This document shows positions 1-8,463 of a stretch of 64,000 bases of DNA, in pieces. A program made the position numbers and the translations under genes. The stretch is from an uncultured cyanobacterium (GTDB lineage: Bacteria; Cyanobacteriota; Cyanobacteriia; Cyanobacteriales; CAWCAG01). The first letter of the stretch is position 1; every line of letters begins with the position of its first letter. Location: NCBI GenBank assembly GCA_963803805.1, contig CAWDOD010000003.1, positions 256,001 to 320,000 of the forward strand, read 5' to 3'. Under the pieces are notes generated by a model, which was not told the origin of the DNA, did not search any database, and saw only the letters and a list, made by a program, of their open reading frames with translations.

Positions 1-860
1 AATCCTGCACACAAAATTACCCGATCATAAACTAAATCCTCAATCTCTCCATTGGCATGGGTGTAATCGAAAGTAACCACATACTTACCATCGTCTTGAG
101 GCTTGATTTCTAAGACTTTGGCATCAAGAACCACATTTTGGGACTTGAGTTGATAAGTATCGAGGAAGTTATTATTAACCGCCCGCAAATGGCCGACATA
201 CTTAGTTTTCCAAGCCATGGAAACAGGATTAGGACTAACAATATGGGTTAAAGCGGTGGTTCCCATTAAATGTTCTGCTGTCTCAAACCCTGAGTTTCCT
301 TTACCAATAATCAGTACTTTCTCATTGGCAAAATCTTCTGGATCTAAGGAGACATCGGTATAGTTTTCTGCAAACTCAATACCAGGAACATCAGGAACAT
401 AGGGCTTAGCGAAGCCTGTAGCCACAATCAAATGCTGACAAGAGTAAACGTTGCCGTTGCTATCAATAACTAAAAAGCCATCATTTTTAGCAATCCTAAC
501 TACCTCAACGCCATATTTAATCTTGAGTTGGTAGTAGCTAGCAAAATCATCAAGATATTTGAGGAGATCCTGGGCATCAGGTAAGTAGCTGCGGCTGTAG
601 TTTTTGAACAGCAAATCAGGATTGTCACTTAGTAAAGAATTCCAATCCCAGCGTAGGTTGATTTCTGGATCGTCATAACCAGTATGTACTTTGTTAATGG
701 AGATTAAAGTTCTATGGCGGGGAAGGGCTTTGAAGGTATGTCCAGGGTTTTCCCCTGCTTCTAGAATCAAATAATCTCGGTTAGCTTTCTCCAAGAAATA
801 GCCAAGTTGTAGCCCAGCAGGGCCAGCACCGATAATGATGTAATCCAGTTGTTTAAGCAT
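1..860 (-). CDS. FAD/NAD(P)-dependent oxidoreductase, FOXRED2-like (3' end beyond left window edge)
   Basis: Missing from the ORF track; translated by hand from ATG at 860: MLKQLDYIIIGAGPAGLQLGYFLEKANRDYLILEAG...PRHRTLISINK...NLRWDWNSLLSD...VATG...VLIIGKGNSGFETAE...YVGHLRAVNNNFLDTYQLKSQ. It has two Rossmann motifs, and these blocks match the FOXRED2 family as I remember it. Confidence 0.85.
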   Translation of the reverse strand, partial: MLKQLDYIIIGAGPAGLQLGYFLEKANRDYLILEAGENPGHTFKALPRHRTLISINKVHTGYDDPEINLRWDWNSLLSDNPDLLFKNYSRSYLPDAQDLLKYLDDFASYYQLKIKYGVEVVRIAKNDGFLVIDSNGNVYSCQHLIVATGFAKPYVPDVPGIEFAENYTDVSLDPEDFANEKVLIIGKGNSGFETAEHLMGTTALTHIVSPNPVSMAWKTKYVGHLRAVNNNFLDTYQLKSQNVVLDAKVLEIKPQDDGKYVVTFDYTHANGEIEDLVYDRVILCAG

Positions 861-1144
861 AATTGTCAGATGTTGTAGACTAGGCTCTGATGAATGGAAG
901 ACGTTAAGTTAGCTCAATAAGATTTTTCTCGCAGCCAACAATTTAGCTATGACTTGCTAATTGTTGTCAGATGTGGATTGTCACCTGGATATTTTGGTTT
1001 GGATTAGTTCGATAAAAAACGAGAAAATTTATTTGAGTTGGCTATAAGTCTAAAAGGTAAATGTTTTCCTAAGTGTTTGCGTAACGTATATTTTTAGGCT
1101 TGCTTTGTATATTTTAGTGTTTGTTTTTCTCCTAAGCTGAAACC

Positions 1145-1182
1145 AAAAAAACCCAGGCAGAGTAAGCAAACTCCAGGCTGGG
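1145..1182 (-). terminator. possible intrinsic terminator after the second AetD-like gene
   Basis: Imperfect stem CCCAG..GAGT / ACTC..CTGGG followed by a T-run on the minus strand. Confidence 0.35.
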
Positions 1183-1236
1183 CTTAGTTTGAAAGTAGGA
1201 ATTTTACTACCTTCGGAAATTAATTTGCAAAAAATA

Positions 1237-1959
1237 TCAAGAAAGACAGGGTAATGGCAAAGCCTGACTTTTTTGGGCAAAGGCTAACAACTCTTGGGTT
1301 AACTCAGTGAAAATAGCAAAAACCCTCTCTACCAATTCAAAAGCTTTAGTCCTACTTTGGGCCGATAGCTGAACACTCTCTAAAACAGTTTCTATGTTAT
1401 CTACACCCGTCAGGTGTCCTGTCTCAAAACTTAGGTGAAAATGTCCGAAGTAACGATAGTCTTGCTTGGTAATTTCTTTTAATTCTTGGGTAACTGTAGC
1501 AGTATTGCTAAACATCACAACACCTGCTGCTTCAATAGCTTCACTAACTGCTAGCTTGATGTTGATATCGAGTTTTTCTGCTTCAAAGATACACTGTTCC
1601 AGTAAATGGGAAACACGACGGGCAACTTTAGTCTCTTCTCCCCAAAGAAAAGCCAAAGTTGCGTTCATATCTTGCTTTTGGTTGAAGCCGAGTTTGTCTA
1701 AATCTTCTAGAAACCAACGCCAGTGGCGTTCATCTTCGTAGGTATGATTGTTAATCAGTTGCTGAATGTGATTTTGGTTAGATTCCTGGCGCAATACATA
1801 CTTGTTAAGATCGCTAAAATCCATGATGAAAGGAGCAACACAAGGGGCAAAAGCTAGCCTTTTTTGGGGGCTAATACTTTTATCCTGGAGATATACCATA
1901 AGTGGTACATGGCTAAATTCCTGTTGCTTTTGGTTGATTAAGGCAAGAACTTCTTTCAT
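1237..1959 (-). CDS. AetD-like heme-oxygenase-like diiron oxidase (HDO), paralogue 2
   Basis: Probable start is ATG 1959 (MKEVLALINQKQQEF), giving 240 aa. Motifs NNHTYEDERHWRWF, SEAIEAAG and FHLSFETGH give the His/carboxylate pattern of AetD-type HDOs. Confidence 0.75.
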   Translation of the reverse strand: MKEVLALINQKQQEFSHVPLMVYLQDKSISPQKRLAFAPCVAPFIMDFSDLNKYVLRQESNQNHIQQLINNHTYEDERHWRWFLEDLDKLGFNQKQDMNATLAFLWGEETKVARRVSHLLEQCIFEAEKLDINIKLAVSEAIEAAGVVMFSNTATVTQELKEITKQDYRYFGHFHLSFETGHLTGVDNIETVLESVQLSAQSRTKAFELVERVFAIFTELTQELLAFAQKSQALPLPCLS

Positions 1960-2020
1960 GTTGATTCTGTTGTGTTCTAGGCTGTTTAGATTCAAAATAT
2001 TTACTTATTCAGCATTCCCA

Positions 2021-2071
2021 AAAAAAAGAGGCAGCAACCTAAATAATACTTGAGTATCCAGGTTGCTGCCT
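2021..2071 (-). terminator. Rho-independent terminator between the two AetD-like genes
   Basis: Perfect 12-bp stem AGGCAGCAACCT (2029-2040) / AGGTTGCTGCCT (2060-2071) followed by a T-run on the minus strand. Confidence 0.7.
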
Positions 2072-2102
2072 AAAGAGAGTATTTAATACTTAATCGCTTA
2101 AT

Positions 2103-2825
2103 TTAGTTAAGATGGGAAGACAGAACTTTTTGATTATTATTGGCGAAAGCTAGTAACTCGTGAGTTAGTTCTGTAAAGATATCAAAAACTCTCTCCACTA
2201 GTTCAAAAGCTTTGATTCTACTCTGTGGCGATAACTGAATATTCTCTAAAACAGTTTCTACGTTATCTGTCCCAGTTAAGTGTCCTGTTTCTAAATCCAA
2301 GTGAAAACGTCCGAAGTAACGGTAGTTTTTTTGCGTAATCTCTTGTAGTTCTTGAGCAACAGCAGTAGTGTTGCCAAACATAACTACTCCAGTTGCTTCA
2401 ATAGCTTCACTAACAACGATTCTCAAGTTAGGATCTGCTTGTTCTGCTTCTAGTAAACATTGTTCTAGTTGTTGACAAACATGACGGGAAACCCTGGTAT
2501 CTTTGCCCCAGAGAAACTTCAAAAGGTTACTCATCTTTTGTTCTCCATCGAAGCCTAATTTTTCTAAGTCTTCAATAAACCAATGCCAGTGGCGTTCATC
2601 TTCATGGGTATGCTTATTGATCAGTTTTTGGGCAGGAACAGAAGAAGATTCTTGACGTAAGACATATTTGTTAAAATGCCTAAATTCCATAGCAAAGGGA
2701 GCAATACAAGGGGCAAAGGCTAGCCTTCTTTCGGGACTAATACTTTGGTCTTGTAAGTAAGCCATTAAGGGCAATTGGCTAAATTCTTCTTTCTTTTGTT
2801 CAATAAAGCTAAGGACATCTTTCAT
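2103..2825 (-). CDS. AetD-like heme-oxygenase-like diiron oxidase (HDO), paralogue 1
   Basis: 240 aa, colinear with 1237-1959; motifs NKHTHEDERHWHWF, SEAIEATG, FHLDLETGH. Confidence 0.75.
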   Translation of the reverse strand: MKDVLSFIEQKKEEFSQLPLMAYLQDQSISPERRLAFAPCIAPFAMEFRHFNKYVLRQESSSVPAQKLINKHTHEDERHWHWFIEDLEKLGFDGEQKMSNLLKFLWGKDTRVSRHVCQQLEQCLLEAEQADPNLRIVVSEAIEATGVVMFGNTTAVAQELQEITQKNYRYFGRFHLDLETGHLTGTDNVETVLENIQLSPQSRIKAFELVERVFDIFTELTHELLAFANNNQKVLSSHLN

Positions 2826-2870
2826 AGAAATTATTACACCCCAATTGTGAAAATTTTCAAATCAATTCTT

Positions 2871-2898
2871 AGTATAGCGGGGGGGGGGAAATCGGCAA
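2871..2898 (-). promoter_or_regulatory. candidate sigma70-type promoter with poly-C(10) spacer
   Basis: The minus strand reads TTGCCG-atttCCCCCCCCCCgc (16 nt)-TATACT, about 45 bp upstream of the 2825 ATG. Confidence 0.5.
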
Positions 2899-3006
2899 GG
2901 GGTAATGGGTAATGGGTAATAAGTTAAGGGTAGGGCTTGCTGGAATTGTGGGATTTGAGTGAGCAATAATAAGTGATTTAATAATTAATTACTGAAAATT
3001 TAAGCG

Positions 3007-3162
3007 ATGGTGATTGGAACTATTTTAGGAACGGCTGGTGGGGCTTTAGTTGAGTCTTGTACGGAGGATATTTTCAAGAAGTTAGTTACAGAAAATGTTA
3101 ATAGTTATTTGAATGGAAATGACTTAACTAAAGCTTTGCAAACAGCTAATAATCCCTATTAG
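3007..3162 (+). pseudogene. 51-codon 5' gene fragment running into CRISPR repeat 1
   Basis: MVIGTILGTAGGALVESCTEDIFKKLVTENVNSYLNGNDLTKALQTANNPY*; the last codons and the stop are supplied by the repeat. Confidence 0.45.
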
Positions 3163-3184
3163 GGATTGAAACATGAAAATCAAT

Positions 3185-4326
3185 AGACATCTCCGAAAAA
3201 GAATCAAACTATGATAAAAGAAGATAAAATAGAATTTTTAACCAGAAATAATGAGTAAAATACTCGAATATATCCAGCAACATCCCAGAGAATCTCAGCG
3301 TTTAGTAGGTTTAAAATATGAACAGTTAGAAAAACTGCTCTCCAAGGCTATTGAACTAGAGGCTCAAAAACGAAAACTAGCGGAAGCTCAAAAAGTCAGA
3401 ATTATTGGCTCTGGAGGTGGTAGAAAAGCGAAACTATCTCCACCAGAACAAGTAATCCTAACCTTAACATATTTACGACACTTAACGACATTTCAGCTAC
3501 TAGGGATTCAGTTTGGTATTAGTGAAACAACTGCCAATAATATTTTTAACTATTGGTGTCCCCTAATAGGAGAATTATTACCAGCAAGTATCTATGAGCA
3601 GGTAAAAAAAACGAGTGTGACTATGAAATAGTCCAAGAGATGTTAGCAGAGTTCGAGTTAATTGTAGATAGCTATGAGCAGCCCATCGAAAGACCTGGAG
3701 AGTATGAAGAGCAGAAAAAGTATTACTCAGGTAAAAAAGCTAATCACACAAGAAAAACTCAAGTAATTGTTTTACCAAAAGGTCAATCTGGTCGTCGATG
3801 TTGAAGCGGGTTTACCGGGTCCAAAAAGTGATATCAAAATATTTAGGGAAACGAAAACAAAATTTAGTGAGCAGCAAAGATTTAGGGGAGATAAAGCTTA
3901 TCAAGGAGACAAATCAACGACAACGCCTCTGAAAAAGCCGAGAAAAAAACAACTAAATGCTCAAGAAAAACAAATAAATAAAGAGCTAGCTAAGGAGCGA
4001 ATATTCGTAGAACATTTAATTAGATTAATTAAGATATTTAGAGTAGCTAGTGAAAGATTCAGATTAAATTCCCATAAATATGAGCAGGTAGTTACGACAA
4101 TTTGTGGGTTAGTGAGATTAAGAATTGGTACTTCTGTGTTTTAGTGAAGATATATCTGCCCTTGCCCTTGGCAAATAACTATCTAATTAGAGCTATCTTT
4201 TTGTTAGTTATGGGTAGTAGCTTTCTCAAATACTTATTAAACCGTAGAATAGAGCTATCTTTGGGTCAAGGCAACTGCCATCTCAAAGACTGTACTGTAT
4301 AACTTTGGCTATTTCCGGAGAGGTCT
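3185..4326 (+). mobile_element. IS5-family (ISL2/IS702-like) insertion sequence, 1142 bp
   Basis: Terminal inverted repeats AGACATCTCCGAAAAAG and (rc) AGACCTCTCCGGAAATAG; 3-bp duplication AAT at 3182-3184 and 4327-4329; encodes an HTH + DDE transposase. Confidence 0.9.
3251..4144 (+). pseudogene. IS5-family transposase with A8 slippery site plus a second, probably inactivating, frameshift
   Basis: HTH_Tnp_4-like ORF 3251-3631. A -1 shift at A8 (3604-3611) gives LIVDSYEQPIERP..YYSGKK..HTRKTQVIVLPKGQ, which stops shortly after 3787. The DDE tail (GPKSDI, GDKAYQG, ERIFVEH) is in another frame. Confidence 0.8.
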
Positions 4327-4456
4327 AATCTAAAGAAAAAGCAAATACAAATGTTGCAACAGCTAATAATCCCTATTAGGGATTGAAACAACAGGAAAGT
4401 AAGCGCCAACATTCTTAAGCAAAGGTTGCAGCTTAAAGTACATTGACAGATAGCAA

Positions 4457-5476
4457 TCAAAAAATAAATATCTTATCCAAAGTCTCTTTCTGCAAACCAA
4501 CCACCGTAGGTTGAGGTAAACCGGGTAACAGTTGTAAATCAAACAACTCAGTACAACCTGAATCAAACCGAAGAAAGCCAACAGTTTCACCAGAGTGAAT
4601 ATTCACCACCACCACAGCGCATTGCAGCTCTTTTTCCCTCTCTTGCAGGGGCAAACCACCAAAGATTTTTTTCTCCCTAATTTGTGACAAACCAATAAAG
4701 CCATAACATCCGTAGAAAGCCAACCCCCTGGTAAATCCCGGCAACTCTGCTACAGTAGTACTTTGCCCCGTATAAAGATCCACCCTGACTAAATGCCCCC
4801 GCCCAGAATCTAGCAACCACAAACCACCATCATAAAACCGGGGAGAATGGGGCATGGCGAAACCCCGTGCTACAATTTCTCCACTAGGTATATCAATCAA
4901 GCAACCTCCTCCTACCTTGCCTTCCCGCCAGCCTCTAGGGGTATCCGTATCTCCCAAAGCTGTCACAAACTTAGGCTTTCCTCCCAAAAGTGCTAAACCA
5001 TTGAGATGACAGCGATCTTCTGCTTGCAAACTACTGATGAATAGTGGTTTCCACTGAGGTACAAAATTAAACTCTGGACTCAAAGTACATAAACAAGAAA
5101 ATCGAGTATTTACTACCCACAACTCCTCCCCAACCCAAGCTATCTCATGGACACGAATATCTCCTGTCACATAACAATGGCGGGGGACAAAACAGGCATC
5201 GTATTCTCGATTTGGTTCAACTTTGTTAGCAATTCCTGGTACATTGGCTAAAAACCAAACTTGCTTGCGAGTTCCTATAGCTAGGCGGTGAGGTTGCAAA
5301 GCTAACCCCATAACCTTTTTAAAGCTACGTAGCAAAGTGACTAGCTGACCATTTTCTGACCTCACTACCATTAGCTTCCCGGCTTGGTAAGTAGAAATAA
5401 ACAGGGAAAGGTTCAGGTTGGCTAAAAGTTCAGGAAAACCACCAGAGTGAACATAGCTAATCTTATTATTAGTCAT
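4457..5476 (-). CDS. TIGR03032 / DUF4915 family protein
   Basis: STYQAGKL, TGDIRVHE, VNTRFSCL, EDRCHLNGLA, MPHSPR and PGFTRGL motifs; likely start ATG 5476. Confidence 0.85.
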   Translation of the reverse strand: MTNNKISYVHSGGFPELLANLNLSLFISTYQAGKLMVVRSENGQLVTLLRSFKKVMGLALQPHRLAIGTRKQVWFLANVPGIANKVEPNREYDACFVPRHCYVTGDIRVHEIAWVGEELWVVNTRFSCLCTLSPEFNFVPQWKPLFISSLQAEDRCHLNGLALLGGKPKFVTALGDTDTPRGWREGKVGGGCLIDIPSGEIVARGFAMPHSPRFYDGGLWLLDSGRGHLVRVDLYTGQSTTVAELPGFTRGLAFYGCYGFIGLSQIREKKIFGGLPLQEREKELQCAVVVVNIHSGETVGFLRFDSGCTELFDLQLLPGLPQPTVVGLQKETLDKIFIF

Positions 5477-5626
5477 TGCTTGGTAATCATTAATAATAAT
5501 TAATAAAACTGCCCCAAGAGGTAGGGGCAAAATTATTTTCTTCGTATATGCTTATAAATACGGATATATTATCTCGAAAAGCAAAAACTACTACTTTATT
5601 TTGATTAATTAAGGAACTAATTAGCC

Positions 5627-5881
5627 ATGCAAGACGATGAATCCTTATCTGAGTTTGAGCAACCTAAAGACTATATCCCTATAGAAGAACATTCTGCTTT
5701 GCAGTTTGCTGAAAGGGAAGCTAAAGTCTCTGAAGCTATCCAACCGTCCCAAGAAGGAAGAGTTAAATTTCAAGGTAGTGAGTGGTCTGCAAAATGCTTA
5801 ACAAACGCCACCTTGCTTCCTGGTAGAATGGTTAAGGTTATTGGGGTTCAAAGTAATACTTTGGTGGTAGAACCACAATAG
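5627..5881 (+). CDS. NfeD-like C-terminal (OB-fold) protein
   Basis: GRVKFQGSEWSA...VKVIGVQSNTLVVEP. Confidence 0.8.
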   Translation: MQDDESLSEFEQPKDYIPIEEHSALQFAEREAKVSEAIQPSQEGRVKFQGSEWSAKCLTNATLLPGRMVKVIGVQSNTLVVEPQ

Positions 5882-5968
5882 GGGAACTTACTTCTAGGGG
5901 ATTTTAGCTAGCTTTGCTTTATAATTTGTCCATAGCTGCCTAAATACTTAATCCCCACCTCTCCTAAA

Positions 5969-7411
5969 ATGAGTTTCTTTGACAAACTGAACACGGCGAT
6001 CGCGCTTCATCAAACTTTGCTGGTTGCAGCACTCGATCCCAACCCAGAAATGATGCCCAAGTTTCAGGGTAGTCAAAGCGATTCTGAGCAATTCCTAGAG
6101 AATTCAAGGGCATGGCTACTGGGGATTATTGCTGCCACCTCAAACCATGTCTGCGCTTACAAGCCTACCCTCGGCTTTTACACAGCTTTAGGGGGGCAAG
6201 GATGGGAACTACTTAGGGAAGTCCTTGCTGCGGTTCCGGACCATCTACCCATCATATTAGATGCTAAACATGGTGATCTCAACACCAGCAGTATGTTTGC
6301 CCAGACTATCTTTCAGGAGTGGCAAGTAGATGCTGTTACCATTACCCCCTACGCAGGACAAGATACCGCCGTACCTTTCTTGTTATACTCAGATAAAGCT
6401 GTCTTTGTCCTTTGCCACACTTCCAATCCTGCTGCTGTCCCCCTACAAGAATATAACCACAATGACAAGCCCTTTTACCTGCGAGTAGTAGAAGAAGTAG
6501 AAACTTGGGGAACCCAAGAACAACTATGCTTAGAAGTTGGTTCCCATCTCCGGGATGTATTTGCTAAAGTTCGCTCAGTCGCCCCAGAAAGAATCATTTT
6601 AGCCCGCAGTATTTGGGCAGAAGAGACAAGTTTAAATGAAATTATTGCTGCTGGCTTAAATAAAAATGGGGAAGGATTATTAATTCCTATACCTCAAGAC
6701 TTATTAGCACAAGAAAACCTCACCCAAAAGGTTGCATCTCTTCAGAAAAAGGTCAATGAAATCAGACAAACAGTTATTCAAGAAGCTTCCAGTTGTGAAC
6801 TTTGGATGCCTGATGTTTGTTTATTAAATCAGCATCCCTATCAAGATTTGGTCTTGCAACTATATGATCTTGGTTGTATTCTTTTTGGAGATTATGTACA
6901 AGCTTCAGGAGCAACTTTTTCTTATTATGTAGACTTGCGTAAAATCATTTCTAAACCTCAAATCTTCCAACAGGTTCTTAATGCCTACGCAGATATTCTC
7001 AAAAACTTAAACTTTGACCGCATTGCCGGCATTCCCTACGGTTCTTTGCCCACAGCAACCGGTTTATCTCTGCGTCTCAACTACCCGATGATTTTCCCTC
7101 GCAAAGAAGCCAAAGCCCATGGTACAAGAAGATTGATTGAAGGTAACTTTCAACCAGGAGAAACCATTGTTGTTGTAGATGATATTTTAATCAGTGGTAA
7201 AAGCGCCATAGAAGGAGCAAATAAACTTAAATCAGGAGGATTAATTATTGAGGATATTGTGGTATTTATTGACCATGAAGGAGGCGTTAAAGATAGGCTC
7301 AAAGCTCAAGGCTATCGCGCCCATTCTGTCTTATCCATTTCTGATATTACCTCAACTCTTTACGAAGCAGGAAAAATCAATGAGGAACAGTATAGTCATT
7401 TCGTTGTTTAG
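5969..7411 (+). CDS. pyrFE: bifunctional OMP decarboxylase / orotate phosphoribosyltransferase
   Basis: N-terminal LDPNPE, AYKPTLGFY and ILDAKHGD; C-terminal PRTase YYVDLR, RKEAKAHG and VVVDDILISG. Confidence 0.9.
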   Translation: MSFFDKLNTAIALHQTLLVAALDPNPEMMPKFQGSQSDSEQFLENSRAWLLGIIAATSNHVCAYKPTLGFYTALGGQGWELLREVLAAVPDHLPIILDAKHGDLNTSSMFAQTIFQEWQVDAVTITPYAGQDTAVPFLLYSDKAVFVLCHTSNPAAVPLQEYNHNDKPFYLRVVEEVETWGTQEQLCLEVGSHLRDVFAKVRSVAPERIILARSIWAEETSLNEIIAAGLNKNGEGLLIPIPQDLLAQENLTQKVASLQKKVNEIRQTVIQEASSCELWMPDVCLLNQHPYQDLVLQLYDLGCILFGDYVQASGATFSYYVDLRKIISKPQIFQQVLNAYADILKNLNFDRIAGIPYGSLPTATGLSLRLNYPMIFPRKEAKAHGTRRLIEGNFQPGETIVVVDDILISGKSAIEGANKLKSGGLIIEDIVVFIDHEGGVKDRLKAQGYRAHSVLSISDITSTLYEAGKINEEQYSHFVV

Positions 7412-7494
7412 CTCAATTACATAGCAAAAATCTCTGGCATTCTAAATCTGAGGAAATTTCAAAAGATTGCCTCTCACACCAATGATTGATTTTA

Positions 7495-7749
7495 TTAGTA
7501 GCATTCTACAATTAAGGTGATGTTATCAATTCCTACTACCCGAACTTTTCGCCCCGGTAGTATCGTTACATTTTGTAAGCATCTAGCAGGCCAATCACTA
7601 GCCCGAAAGTGAACTCTACCGATTTTGCTAGGAATAATCGTTTCTGCCACCTTGGCTTCTCTAGGTGCAAATCGGAAAACGGGATGTTTTTCTATGGGTA
7701 TATAGCTTTGATGTGGTGTTTTATGAAGGCGACGACTAGTAAGTTGCAT
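7495..7749 (-). CDS. NfeD-like C-terminal (OB-fold) protein
   Basis: GRVHFRASDWPA...VRVVGIDNITLIVE; paralogue of 5627-5881 (shared YIPIE.H..F..REAKV). Confidence 0.8.
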   Translation of the reverse strand: MQLTSRRLHKTPHQSYIPIEKHPVFRFAPREAKVAETIIPSKIGRVHFRASDWPARCLQNVTILPGRKVRVVGIDNITLIVECY

Positions 7750-7935
7750 GAATGGTATTCATCTCATAGTGGTAATACCCTCATATTATAGTCACAAAAG
7801 TGAGGTTGACTTTCACTTATGACACTTTCTTAAACTGGCCTAATTTCTTTAAGGGTAGAAATTTGTTTATACTTAAATATTTGCTCAAACCAGAAGGTAA
7901 AGAATCTGCCTTTAGCCCCGATATACAGTGCTACC

Positions 7936-8463
7936 CTACAAATCAAGACACATTACCACGCGTTTAGATGTATCAAAGTTTTCCGCTTCTTGCAACCATA
8001 TTTCCCTTAATTGAGGGTTTAATTGCCCTTCAGGAACAATTCTAAAACCCAACTTGGCATAAAAAGGTGCATTCCAAGGTATGTGGCGAAAAGTAGTGAG
8101 GGTAATGCCAGGTATTTTCTGTTCTTTTGCCCAGGCGATCGCCGTCTTCAGCAATGATGTTCCTACCCCTTGGCGACCATGTTGAGGATGCACACTTAAC
8201 TCTTTAAGATGGGTGTATCCCAAGCTATTAGTCAGCAAAGCAAAACCTACCACTTCATTATACGGCTCCTCAACCGCAACCCAAAGTAAACCTTCCTTTT
8301 GGGCTTGGGTAAATGTGGATAGGGGTATAGTTTCTTGACGCAAACTGAGGGGAATATCTTCTTCAGGAAAAATATTTGTTGCTGCTTGAGAAATAGCGGG
8401 TAAGTTATTGAGATGATGAGGTTGGGCAGGAATAATTTTATATAGGATTTGTGGACTAACCAT
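7936..8463 (-). CDS. GNAT family N-acetyltransferase
   Basis: LSVHPQHGRQGVG acetyl-CoA motif, LTTFRHIPWNAPFYAKLGF. Confidence 0.9.
   Translation of the reverse strand: MVSPQILYKIIPAQPHHLNNLPAISQAATNIFPEEDIPLSLRQETIPLSTFTQAQKEGLLWVAVEEPYNEVVGFALLTNSLGYTHLKELSVHPQHGRQGVGTSLLKTAIAWAKEQKIPGITLTTFRHIPWNAPFYAKLGFRIVPEGQLNPQLREIWLQEAENFDTSKRVVMCLDL

Larger units (their letters stand above)
3136..4433 (+). CRISPR. orphan CRISPR array remnant (2 repeats + degenerate third, 2 spacers), IS-interrupted
   Basis: Repeat GTTGCAACAGCTAATAATCCCTATTAGGGATTGAAAC (37 bp) at 4353-4389 and a copy at 3136-3172 with an identical 3' 32 bp. It has an internal palindrome AATCCCTA/TAGGGATT and the ATTGAAAC handle. Spacer 1 is 35 bp once the IS and one TSD are removed. 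Spacer 2 (4390-4424) is 35 bp and is followed by the truncated repeat GTTGCAGCT. Confidence 0.85.

Noticed and set aside
1050-1280. 76-aa ORF downstream of the HDO pair as a precursor peptide
   Set aside because: It overlaps the HDO stop and a terminator-like hairpin, and shows no leader or core pattern
1-2825. Aetokthonotoxin gene cluster
   Set aside because: Only AetD-like genes are visible. The flavoprotein does not resemble AetF/AetA, and no aetB or aetE counterparts are in the window.
5969-7411. pyrF-pyrE fusion as a novelty
   Set aside because: Already known in cyanobacteria
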